A stretch of DNA of 53,778 bases, counting the filler, from Stramenopiles sp. TOSAG23-2 (Eukaryota): the NCBI GenBank assembly GCA_900128395.1. It is 3 parts of 3 records of this genome, joined end to end, with 100 filler letters (N's around TTAATTAATTAA, not from the genome) between each part and the next. Parts side by side here need not be neighbours in the genome. Positions count along the whole stretch, not along the records: positions 1 to 17,872 come from LT649620.1; 2 more parts are not named here. One strand, given 5' to 3'. A model generated the notes under the pieces. The model saw only the letters and a program-made list of their open reading frames with translations, was not told the DNA's origin and ran no database searches. The translations under genes and the position numbers were made by a program. Below, piece by piece: positions 1 to 10,200 of the stretch (the first letter of the stretch is position 1; the number at the start of each line of letters is the position of its first letter).

Positions 1-268
1 TCTACTGTATAATGATGTTTTTCGTTTTTATCACTTCTTACATCATACCGCATTTACCAGCATATTCTATTAATTCTATAACTACAGTTTTTTTTTTTTT
101 TAGTTGTGTTGTTTGTTTAATTTCATTAATTCATTTAATGTTTAATTTAATTTAATGTAAACATAAAAATACATAATACATAAATACATATGCATGTTGC
201 TTTTGTCGGACACCAGGTGGTGTGAGAGTTAGTTCAACCTTTAACGAGCTCTCCAAAAACCGAAACCG

Positions 269-1603
269 ATGCCTGGAAAACGAAAACGCAAACTCGACGC
301 GCAAGGGATTGCAGAGACACGAGCTGCAGCTCTCGATGCTATGGCTGGACGAGACTTTGCCGCTGCGATTCGCTCTCTCGACCGGCTAATTTCTTCTGGA
401 GACGCGGCACACGAGTGTCGTCTTCTCCGCTCGTCGTGTCAGCTCGCACTGAGCAAGAGCATTTCAAGTGCCCGGCTGCCCAAGGCCCTCAAAGATGTGG
501 AGGCAGTGTGCAAGAGTGCACCTATGATGCCCGAAGCGCGTCTTTGTATGGCCCGTGTCCTTTTGGCCCAGGGAAACCCTTTTAATGCCGAGATTGCTTG
601 TGTGCATGGTATCCGGCAAGCGGCAGCCAAGGCGGCAGCGCAGGCTATGGCAAAAGGTGGTGGGAAAGACGAAATACGGCCTGATGCTGGAGCAGAGGGT
701 AGCAAAAGCGGCACCGAGGGACCCACGGGGGGCGACAGTGGCTTGTTATGGGTGGGCAGCACCGTGGTCGTCGTCGGCACTTCTCGAAAGGATCTCAATG
801 GCCAGGAGGCCTCTGTCACTGCCCATCAGGAGAGCTCTGGGCGGTACTGTGTACAGCTTCGGGGCGGGGGGGAAGAAGAAGTGGCACTCAAGCCCGAGAA
901 CCTCTCGCTTCCGTACGCCGCGGCCTTCCTGACGGCGGAGGAGGTGCGAAAGAGACTGGAAGAAATTCTCTCAAAGGCGAGGGCGGAAGCGGACCCCCGT
1001 CGGGAGAAAGCCTTGGCACTGAAAACGAAGGCAAACGCATCCTTCTCCTCCAGTTCTGCCATGGCTAACTACGATGAACGCAAAGTGCCTTCGCTGATCG
1101 AAGCCGCCAGCGGCTACACGGAGGCAATCGAACTCTGCCCGCAGGACGCTGTTTTGTTTTCTAATCGTGCAGCATGCTACATGAAGCTCGGTAAATGCGA
1201 CCAATCGGGAGGAGGAAAGGCTGCGAGTGGCAAGTGGTTCAAAAAAGCGGTGCAAGATGCCAAAAGATGCGTAAAGCTGCGCCCGACGTGGCCCAAAGCT
1301 TACCATCGTTTGGGAACGGCCCACCTATTGGTCGCAAAAAGCGAATGTGCTTCCTATCTCGAGGCAAGTGCAGGGCAGTGTTTTCTCGATGGCTTTCGCA
1401 GATGTTACCCCTTGAAAAATTGGACTCCTATTGGCACATCTACTGAGGGACAAGCCACGGAGACGCACACACGTGGGGACGCCATGTCCAAAGCACTCAC
1501 TGCAGGATGGCAAAGTATTAATCCACTCTATCGGCCCACTACCACAACGGAGGAGAAAAGAAAGCAAGGACTAAATCTAAAAAACGATCGTACCTACAGA
1601 TAG
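269..1603 (+). CDS. TPR-repeat protein (STI1/HOP-like C-terminal TPRs) with a central KOW/SH3-like module
   Basis: 444-aa ORF. TPR consensus in ALALKTKANASF...YTEAIELCPQDAVLFSNRAACYMKLG and AVQDAKRCVKLRPTWPKAYHRLG. Module VVVVGTSRKDLNGQEASV...SGRYCVQL...LKPENL. N-terminal NLS-like KRKRK. Much higher GC than its neighbours. Confidence 0.8.
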   Translation: MPGKRKRKLDAQGIAETRAAALDAMAGRDFAAAIRSLDRLISSGDAAHECRLLRSSCQLALSKSISSARLPKALKDVEAVCKSAPMMPEARLCMARVLLAQGNPFNAEIACVHGIRQAAAKAAAQAMAKGGGKDEIRPDAGAEGSKSGTEGPTGGDSGLLWVGSTVVVVGTSRKDLNGQEASVTAHQESSGRYCVQLRGGGEEEVALKPENLSLPYAAAFLTAEEVRKRLEEILSKARAEADPRREKALALKTKANASFSSSSAMANYDERKVPSLIEAASGYTEAIELCPQDAVLFSNRAACYMKLGKCDQSGGGKAASGKWFKKAVQDAKRCVKLRPTWPKAYHRLGTAHLLVAKSECASYLEASAGQCFLDGFRRCYPLKNWTPIGTSTEGQATETHTRGDAMSKALTAGWQSINPLYRPTTTTEEKRKQGLNLKNDRTYR

Positions 1604-1865
1604 GACGGTGTAAATTACTACGTACGTATGCATATTAGGAAAAGCTAATTTTTTGTCATTTTTGTGTATTATATATAATAAGCTAATTTTTGTGTACAGT
1701 ATAGTGTTGTAAAATGAAGTGTTTTTTTTCTTTTAAAATATTTTACGAGAGAGTATATTTTTGTAATTACCCCAGCACACTTTTCCCCTTCCCCTCTTGC
1801 CAATGAGGCTTGCCTCCCTAGTCAATATTATCTAAATATTGTTAAATGTATACATTAGGTCATTT

Positions 1866-3224
1866 TTACTTTTTTTTATGTTTCATTTTATTTTGTCTTG
1901 TCATTGCAGGCTTCATACGAAAGCTCTGTTCAGTTTGCTCTTCCGCTTCCAATTCACCAAAACTCAATGCACAATTACGACATGAAAATCTAAATTTATG
2001 TTTTTGTTTTAAAATATCTAAAGCTTCGACTACTTTACATCCATTCATTGCCATTATTAAATTTGTAAGCACTGTACCTGTTCGTCCATGCCCTCCATAA
2101 CAATGTATATATAATACATTGTTTTCTGGATCTTCCTCTATGTACTTTTGAATTTCTGCTATTAATCCAAGTAAACTATTATCGTCCATAATTGAAAAGT
2201 CTGCAATAGGTGCATGTAGAAATTTAAATGTCCGTGAAGATGGGAAATTCTTAAACTCTTCCTTTGTATCGCGTTCTACCAATAATTCATCTAATGTTTT
2301 ACGGTAATCTCTACATCCATATTCTTCATAACTTTCTTGTAAACATAGAAATGCATTTATGTTTGATTTAGTAACAAGATCATATATTTGTGATTTATTC
2401 ATTCTTCCAGGTGTTGAACCACAACAAATGTTTTTAGAGATATAATGCGTACATGATATTGGGCCAGTAAAATCATTATTCTCTATTAATACATTGATTT
2501 TTTGGTTGCTAACAGTAATAGACGACTTATCTTCTTCACCTTCATTATTATTATTATTATTATTATTTGTTTTTTCATTTTTTTCTTTATCATCATTGTT
2601 ATTATTATCCTTGTCATTATTGTTATCTTTCGATACGTTTGTATTATTTGATTTGATTTTATAACACCATTGAAAATGAAATCTTTCACTTTCATTTCTT
2701 TTTGGAAAATCAATACTTATTTTTTCGTTTGGAATATCTAATGCATTAATTAATTTTGTTTGAATATTTCTATCATGAATTGATTTGCCTGCGGCGTTTG
2801 AAATAATACTACATGCGGCATTTGCAATACTATCCATTTCCTTTGCTAAAAGTATACCAGCTAATAAATGTTCTGAACCACACGGATTACAGATTCTAGT
2901 GGCTATTTTTAATGCTCTTGATAATGATGGAGATAAATTTTGACGTGCACTTATTTTTCCTGAATCCACAGATGTTGATTTAATAAAATCCTTTGTTTCA
3001 CTAATTATTTTCTCTAAATTAATATCCGGAAATGCCCAACGTAACCATGCACATGTTCTATTTCCTTTTTCCTTATACGATGGATCTTTCTTGGTCAATA
3101 TAGCTAAAAGCAAATGCTCCGTTCCTATAAAAAATGAATTATTTGCATGGCCAATACGAAATGCTAAATCATATATTCCTTGTCCATTTTCGGTGAATGG
3201 TGTTTTTTTATTATTATTATCCAT
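1866..3224 (-). CDS. Clp N-terminal repeat domain fused to a dual-specificity/protein-tyrosine phosphatase
   Basis: Two Clp-N-like repeats (PFTENG...IGTEHLLLAIL; LSPSLSRALKIA...CGSEHLLAGIL), an Asn-rich linker, PIADFS acid loop and the P-loop YIHCYGGHGRTG (CX5R). Confidence 0.85.
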   Translation of the reverse strand: MDNNNKKTPFTENGQGIYDLAFRIGHANNSFFIGTEHLLLAILTKKDPSYKEKGNRTCAWLRWAFPDINLEKIISETKDFIKSTSVDSGKISARQNLSPSLSRALKIATRICNPCGSEHLLAGILLAKEMDSIANAACSIISNAAGKSIHDRNIQTKLINALDIPNEKISIDFPKRNESERFHFQWCYKIKSNNTNVSKDNNNDKDNNNNDDKEKNEKTNNNNNNNNEGEEDKSSITVSNQKINVLIENNDFTGPISCTHYISKNICCGSTPGRMNKSQIYDLVTKSNINAFLCLQESYEEYGCRDYRKTLDELLVERDTKEEFKNFPSSRTFKFLHAPIADFSIMDDNSLLGLIAEIQKYIEEDPENNVLYIHCYGGHGRTGTVLTNLIMAMNGCKVVEALDILKQKHKFRFSCRNCALSFGELEAEEQTEQSFRMKPAMTRQNKMKHKKK

Positions 3225-3992
3225 ATCTATCTATATTTAGTTTGTTATTATTCACTTTTTTAATTACAATTTGTACCAACAACCAGGAGATGGTATGATA
3301 TGAATGATCTATCCTGAATAACAATAATAAATTATTATTATTGTTATTATAAAGAAGTAATGGAAAGAAGCTACACTCTATTATTCCCAATAATAATACT
3401 AGTCAGACGCTTGCCATATATATATATATATATATATATACATTCTATACAATATAGCAATGTGGTATCCATTATCTTTTATAAATTAATATATATATAT
3501 GTGAAGAAAGAAGAAGAATAATTTCCCAAGCAGCAATAGCAGTTTTTAGTTGTTTTAAGGAGTTTAAGTTGTTAAAGACCATTTTATCTGTTTATTAATA
3601 TAATAGTACAGTGAGAATTATAAATTTACAATCATATATTGGGATAAATTCCTTAATTAGTTGATATCCGACCTGTGGCATTCATATCTTTTTTTTTTTA
3701 TTTCTTATTCTTCTTCTAATAATACATGATGATGGGTTAAAAGAGAATATAATACATGTAATACAATTGAAAAAATAATATTTATATTAAAATTGGAAGA
3801 AGTATATAGTAGAATGTTGATTGATGGATTAGAGGATATATAATATTAATATATATAATATATAACATATACTGGATAATATCATCCGTATTATTAGCTA
3901 CCATCATCATCGTCAATCTCTGGGTCTTTTGTAGTATAGTATAGTTCTACCAGGTATATTGTTGTTGTGGTTGAAAATAATAATATATAGAA

Positions 3993-5108
3993 ATGGCTTT
4001 TATAATAACAACATTGAAATTTGTTATAGTAATAATAGTAATATTACAAATAATTATCATAACTCAGGCAATTGCAAAGCCAGGATTTCCACCATCGCAA
4101 AAGCCAGGTTGTTTACCAAGTGATAATCAAACTAATTTATTTTGTCCTGGGCAATATGCGTATGGTTGCTACAAAATTCCATCATTACTTGTCGTTCCAG
4201 ATAAGAATATATTGATTAGTTTTATTGAAGCACGTAAATATAGTTGTGATGATAAAGGCTATGTTGATTTAATTTACAAACGTAGCATGGATAATGGTAA
4301 GACATGGAGTGATATGAAAAAATTATATGGAGAATCTACTGATGAAAATTTTGTCACAATTGGAGATGCAAATCCTGTTTATGATAAACATACAAAAACA
4401 ATTTTCGTTATTTTTGCGCGTAATAATGTTGATTTATATGTAACTTCATCAAAAGATTATGGTGCAACATGGGATAAACCTATTAATATTACATCTAGTG
4501 CAAAATATGGTGATTACGGGGGCTGGGCTGGAACTGGACATGCAGGTGGAATTCAATTGGCCGAATCAGGAAGATTAGTAATTCCAGGATATACTTCTTC
4601 TACATATGTCATTTATAGTGATGATCATGGAAGTTCATGGCATGTTGGTGGTATATTGGATGGTGGGGGTGAAGCAACAGTGGCAGAAATATCAAACAAT
4701 GTTTTATTAATGAATATGCGTAATAATAATCAAAAAAAAACTGGAGATTATCGATTACAATCGTATTCATATGATGGTGGTTTAAGTTGGAATCATACCT
4801 CAATTAATAAAGATTTAATTGCACCAGTAGATGGATGTGAAGCTTCATTAATCAAACATCCAAATGGCAATTTATATTTTTCAAATCCAACTCATTGGCC
4901 ATTGCGTTATAATTTGGATATCAAAAAATCTACTGATAATGGACAAACCTGGAAACATCATCATACGGTATGGAAGAAATCGGCGGGATATAGCTCCATG
5001 CGAGTGATGCCTGGTACGGATGAAATAGGTATTTTATATGGTCGTAATAATAAAACTATGATTATTTTTGAAGCACAAAGTGTTAGTTTTACATTAGTCG
5101 ATCCGTAA
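3993..5108 (+). CDS. Secreted sialidase/neuraminidase-like glycoside hydrolase (GH33, BNR/Asp-box beta-propeller)
   Basis: Hydrophobic signal peptide. YKIP at the FRIP position. Five Asp boxes (SMDNGKTW, SKDYGATW, SDDHGSSW, SYDGGLSW, STDNGQTW). GEATVAE, MNMR, LRYNL and AGYSSM motifs. Confidence 0.9.
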   Translation: MAFIITTLKFVIVIIVILQIIIITQAIAKPGFPPSQKPGCLPSDNQTNLFCPGQYAYGCYKIPSLLVVPDKNILISFIEARKYSCDDKGYVDLIYKRSMDNGKTWSDMKKLYGESTDENFVTIGDANPVYDKHTKTIFVIFARNNVDLYVTSSKDYGATWDKPINITSSAKYGDYGGWAGTGHAGGIQLAESGRLVIPGYTSSTYVIYSDDHGSSWHVGGILDGGGEATVAEISNNVLLMNMRNNNQKKTGDYRLQSYSYDGGLSWNHTSINKDLIAPVDGCEASLIKHPNGNLYFSNPTHWPLRYNLDIKKSTDNGQTWKHHHTVWKKSAGYSSMRVMPGTDEIGILYGRNNKTMIIFEAQSVSFTLVDP

Positions 5109-5728
5109 AAAGATAAAACACCGACACATGGAAAGTGTAAAAGAAACATTTTAATATTTCATTTTATTATTCTACATATAAAAAGACCGAAACAAAATTA
5201 ATTACTAATATACGACTATACTCGTATTACGTAGATTTTTCGTATATATCTCTCTATAAAATATATTTTGAAAGAGTACAGGAATTGTCATGGGTAGGAA
5301 AATAAAAATTTAAAAATACGCGTACTTTATTAAAAATATTATTTAAAAATAATATAATATTTTATTATATACAAAAATACATACATCATACGAATTCGTA
5401 TATATATTTAAAATGTAATAATTTATTAAAATATTTTTATACGATCTCGTGTAATAATATACGCGTTCGTATCAGTTATGCATTTTAATTAAAATTATAA
5501 TACACGACCCAAGTAATATTATACGAAAGTATATAATTACACCCCACTGTATTTGTAATTTTTTTCATTTTATTTTCTCGTCTCTCTCTCCTCTCTCCTG
5601 GCCTTGGAAGCAAAAGAAATGTAATCACGGTAATCACCGTAACCATCATCGTAATCATAATCGTAATCATCTTCATCAATTCACATCTATTTATATATAT
5701 ATATATATATATATCATATTACATCGTG

Positions 5729-7120
5729 ATGGCATCAGTAAATACACCACCATGGTGGCTATCCCTTGAAAATAAAATAGAACGGAAAAAATTAGATTAC
5801 ACATTAATCACACGCAAACAATCCATGAATTTGCCACGAAAATTATTATTTACTTTGCAAAATATTTTAAGAAAAATTTATGATAATAAAATAACAAATA
5901 TCAATCTAACAAATTTAGAATTAGGAAATTATGGCATATTAGCTGTGGTATCAGCATTAGAAAAGACGAGAAGTTTAACGTATTTAAATTTAACAAATAC
6001 AAATATGGGGGATTTTGCATTAGTAAGTAAATTCTATCCACCCTTGGAGAAACTTCTCTCTAACATGTACAATATATACTATCTCATAATATGCGTATAC
6101 TATGTGTTATTGATATGCACTTCACAGAAACGATTGGCTATTGGACTAGCGAAAAATCGTTCATTAACATCATTAGTGTGTGGACAAAGGCATATAACAC
6201 GAAACAATCACAAAGACAATTTAATTGGCAATGTAGGTTTAAAAGCATTAAGTGAAAGTATCATAGGGCATCCTACCTTGACATATTTAGATGTTAGTAG
6301 TGATAGAATTACCGATTTTGGCATAGAATCTATGTGCGTTGCATTAGAAGATCCAAATTGCAATAATATGTCTGGATTAGCATTTGGTACGAAAAAAATA
6401 AAAAAAATTAATAGAATTGTACAATCTTTAATCTTAACACCTAGTTTTATTACAGAATTAAATTTATCCAATTGCAATGTTGGAAATACTGGATGTGAAA
6501 TCATTGGCAATGTTTTATTTAAAGAAAATAAATCGATAATTGTTTTAAAATTAAAATTTAGTAATATAGGACCGCAAGGCATGATAGCTTTATTCAACGG
6601 CATTAGTGACAGTTCTTTGCTTCATAACCCGGCGGTAATATCAATTATGAAGGAAGAAAAGATAATTACAACTACGAGGGAAAATAGTACTAATAATGCA
6701 AATATTCCTATGAACAAAAATCAACAGGAACAGGATAATGACGATGAAGAAGAAGACGAATACGGGGAAAAGCAGTCAGAGAAATATACATCATCTACTG
6801 GGCCGTGCGTTTTACAATATTTAGATTTGACAGGTAATGATTTTAGTGATATTGCAGTTCCATCATTATGTAAAGCTATTGTAAATAGTTACTTGGAGAC
6901 GTTAATTTTAAGATCGACTAGTTGGATGAAAGGTTTTGGTGATGGATTGTATCAAATCGCTGATGTTTTAGAAGAGTATGATTATGATTTAGACGATAGT
7001 TTCGAATCTGCTATTTCATTGGCATTGTTAGATGTAAGAGGTCATGAAATTGGGGAAAGTTTAGAGATGCGTTTGTGGCGTTGCAATGAAGGTACATGTG
7101 TATTAACTGGAGAACACTGA
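5729..7120 (+). CDS. Leucine-rich repeat protein (ribonuclease-inhibitor-like LRR); exons 5729-6022 and 6128-7120
   Basis: Repeats LTYLNLTNTNMGD, LTYLDVSSDRITD, ITELNLSNCNVGNTG, LKLKFSNIGPQG and LQYLDLTGNDFSD. ATG at 5729. Probable in-frame intron at 6023-6127. Confidence 0.85.
   Translation: MASVNTPPWWLSLENKIERKKLDYTLITRKQSMNLPRKLLFTLQNILRKIYDNKITNINLTNLELGNYGILAVVSALEKTRSLTYLNLTNTNMGDFALVSKFYPPLEKLLSNMYNIYYLIICVYYVLLICTSQKRLAIGLAKNRSLTSLVCGQRHITRNNHKDNLIGNVGLKALSESIIGHPTLTYLDVSSDRITDFGIESMCVALEDPNCNNMSGLAFGTKKIKKINRIVQSLILTPSFITELNLSNCNVGNTGCEIIGNVLFKENKSIIVLKLKFSNIGPQGMIALFNGISDSSLLHNPAVISIMKEEKIITTTRENSTNNANIPMNKNQQEQDNDDEEEDEYGEKQSEKYTSSTGPCVLQYLDLTGNDFSDIAVPSLCKAIVNSYLETLILRSTSWMKGFGDGLYQIADVLEEYDYDLDDSFESAISLALLDVRGHEIGESLEMRLWRCNEGTCVLTGEH
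6023..6127 (+). other. Spliceosomal intron (105 nt, phase 0, stop-free)
   Basis: GTAAGT at 6023 and TTCACAG ending at 6127. Removing it restores LRR periodicity (MGDFAL|KRLAIGLAKNRSL) and deletes a non-LRR Tyr/Ile-rich stretch. Confidence 0.8.
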
Positions 7121-7252
7121 AAGAAAAAATACGTTTACACGAATAAAAGAGAAAAATTACAATAGACATTAAAATAAATGATCATCATATATATGAGCCG
7201 ACTACAAAACATTTTTTTACTTCAACAATTTAGTATTTTCTTTCCCTCTTCT

Positions 7253-10200
7253 TTAACCATCGCTTGAATCACTACTATAGTAGAATTCATCGCTACTGGT
7301 AGTATCACCATCCTCATCACTATCTTCCTTTTTCTTATTAGTTGATGCTGATATTAATGTATTTTTATCTAAATTATCTTTATTTGTCTCTAATAATATC
7401 GTCTCTGACCATGAAAACGATGCCAAAGAAGTCATAATTAGTATCATCAATGTGAAAAAACTTGCATTGCTGAAATATTGCCTATTTTCAGTTTGCCTCA
7501 ATAGCAAACGTTTGCGATATTCAGTTAAACTAATTTTCGATTCTTCAACATTTTCAACATTCGAGGTACAGTTTGCATGCACGGTTTTTATTTCAAGCGC
7601 ATCCCTGTTTCCAAAATAGACCACCGCATCGCTTGCCCGCAAGTCGATGCAAAATGTATCATTTCTTGCCAACACTCTAATTTTCGAATTCTGAAAATAT
7701 TTTTGCAACGTAGTTTGCAATGTTAACCTTGTGTTGAAAAATGACGAGTTGGTGGTATGCAAATGAATAGTAGAATTCCATTCCATATTCCATCGTTTAT
7801 CGCCAGCATACTGCATAGGGGCAGAACTGCCAAGCGCAACTGTTCTTATATATCCCCGAATTCCCGTTAAAGCTTCTTCGTGCGTAAATGTTATGCAATA
7901 TAAAATACCATTTAATTTTGTATCTGCTGCAAAATTGTTGTAATATATGGAATTCAAAAATTTACTGTGATCTCTACCAAACTCGGCACTATTCGAATCA
8001 CAGCTTAAACGGTTGCTACCAGATTGTTGAATAGTGCCATTGCCTGTTTTGTAACACACACCTCCATTGGCTGTGTCACTATTTTTTAAATCCGTATCAT
8101 TGACATATAAAATTCCTTTTCGTTGTCCGTAATGATTAAATTCCACACGCCATTCCGATTTGGTGCACTCCTCTTCAAAACTTGCACTGCCCCTTGCACA
8201 AACAACATTTACCCCGGCCTTCCCAATATTCGTAAATTGTTGGAGTGCCGACTCCACATTTTTTGCCGTGTCGTTGAATGACAAATCGACCGTGGTTTCA
8301 TTGCCAAATGCGACTGTAAACGTGCCACCAATTGCATTTATTAATTTTATAGTTTGCACTTCTTTCATTTTTTTCCATTTGTCAATATATTCTATATGTG
8401 GAAGTACTTGAGAAAATGTGTTCCCACATCCTAATACTTGATAACATCGCCGATGCACCGGTTGCTGAATTTGCGTGTTAAAAGTACAAGCCTCTTTAGG
8501 GGTTTTAGGAAAACACATTGAAGCGTAGGTTGCACCAATTGATGTTGTTTCATCATTGATTTGGGTCACGTAACCAGGATCATGTTCGCCATCGTATCCC
8601 GCAAATGTTGGTTTGCCAATTTTCAACTTTCGATTGTTATAATTGCCCCAACAAACCACTTTTTCGACTTTGTTGGCGTGTATCTTTTTATCATTGAAAA
8701 CTTTTAAAGCGCAAGTATGCTGGGAACCGGCACTAACTTCTACATATCCCGTATCTTCTGGTGCATTACTTTGTCCCTTTATATTTGCACCCCAGCAATA
8801 TACCCGGGATTCGTCATTAGCAATGCCACAAGCATGGCGGTGTCCCGATGTTACACTTCTAAATTTAACATTTGCCGGCGTCGGACTATTTTGCATGCCT
8901 ATACCCCAACAATCAATAGTGCCATCCATGAATAACCCGCATGTATGTTGAATCCCCAACGCGACGTCTGCAAACGGGCCAATTGTAACAGCGCATGTGC
9001 GTTCCGTTTCATCTAGCATGGTACCATTGCAATTTGAAGCACCTAATTGCATTCCTGAATTATCTCCCCAACATAAAAGGGAATTGTCGTCAGATTCAAT
9101 AGCACAATTGTGGGATACGCTTGACGCCGTGTGGATATATGGTGATTCTTTTATATCGGGTTTCTCCGTACATGCTAATAATTTTGAATCTACAAACTTC
9201 GCATTCGCAGACATCATCCCACTTTCCTTACGGTGGCAAACACTATTTGGTGGAGTAGCTTTTGACAGCAATTGTTCCCCCCAGCAACTTAATTTTCCTT
9301 CCACGGTTACAGCGCACGTATGGTATGCGCCAGGTGATATGGAACTAAATCTTAAATCGGATGGTGCCTCAATTTTAATCTGTAAGCCAGGGTATGCCAG
9401 CCCATAACAAACTGCCAAGCCGGTTACATCTTGGACACCACACGTATGCGAATAGCCTAATCTAAAATTTTTCCACGAAATGTCCTTATAATTTATCCAC
9501 GACTTTTGATCTGGTAAGACGACAGGATCGTACTCTGGGTATAATTGCCGCTGCATATTATCGCCCCAGCACTTTATTCGACTATCAGCACTACGTGCAC
9601 ACGTGTAATCCCACCCTGAATAAAGCGACGGATCGCAAGCAATGCATGCGGTTGGCCAATGTATACCATTGAAAATGAACTGTTGTATCTTGTAATCATA
9701 TTTCTCCGAGACTATTTGGAGCTTTGATCCATCATAATTTAATAAGCTATGTTTGTAAACTTTAAAGTTTGGAATGATTAGTATGGGTGCAGATGTTGAA
9801 AACGTTGCCCACCATGTATATGTAATGCCTTCTGGTAAATCCGTTACGTTATACGTAATAGATACGGCTAGATTATCCCGATCTATGTCACTTTCTCTAA
9901 TCAGCGACTTTAATAATTTCGATAAGTAATTGGCATCTGTACCAACCGTATTGTTAACATAAATTGTATCTCCATAGTCGTTTTCTATTTTCAACTTTAC
10001 CATTAAAGTATTTGGAACAAAGCCATTAATAGTGACAGCAAAGGAAAATACAAATGCGACTGCCATGTCGTTTTCTTGTTTACAGGAACCGAAAATGGAA
10101 TGTTTCTGCTGATAGGATGAATCACGCCTTAGAACTGGTTTGCCATGCTGGTAAAGCATCAACGTCGACTGGACAATGTGGAATGGCCATTTTGGCATTA

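Noticed and set aside
439-1567. Multiple alternative-frame ORFs inside the TPR gene
   Set aside because: Expected from high GC content; none has recognisable motifs.
7118-7120. Other TGA codons (LRR gene end, Tubby 27119-27121, metaxin-like 40423-40425) as possible Sec
   Set aside because: They fall at natural C-termini with no redox motif or conserved continuation.
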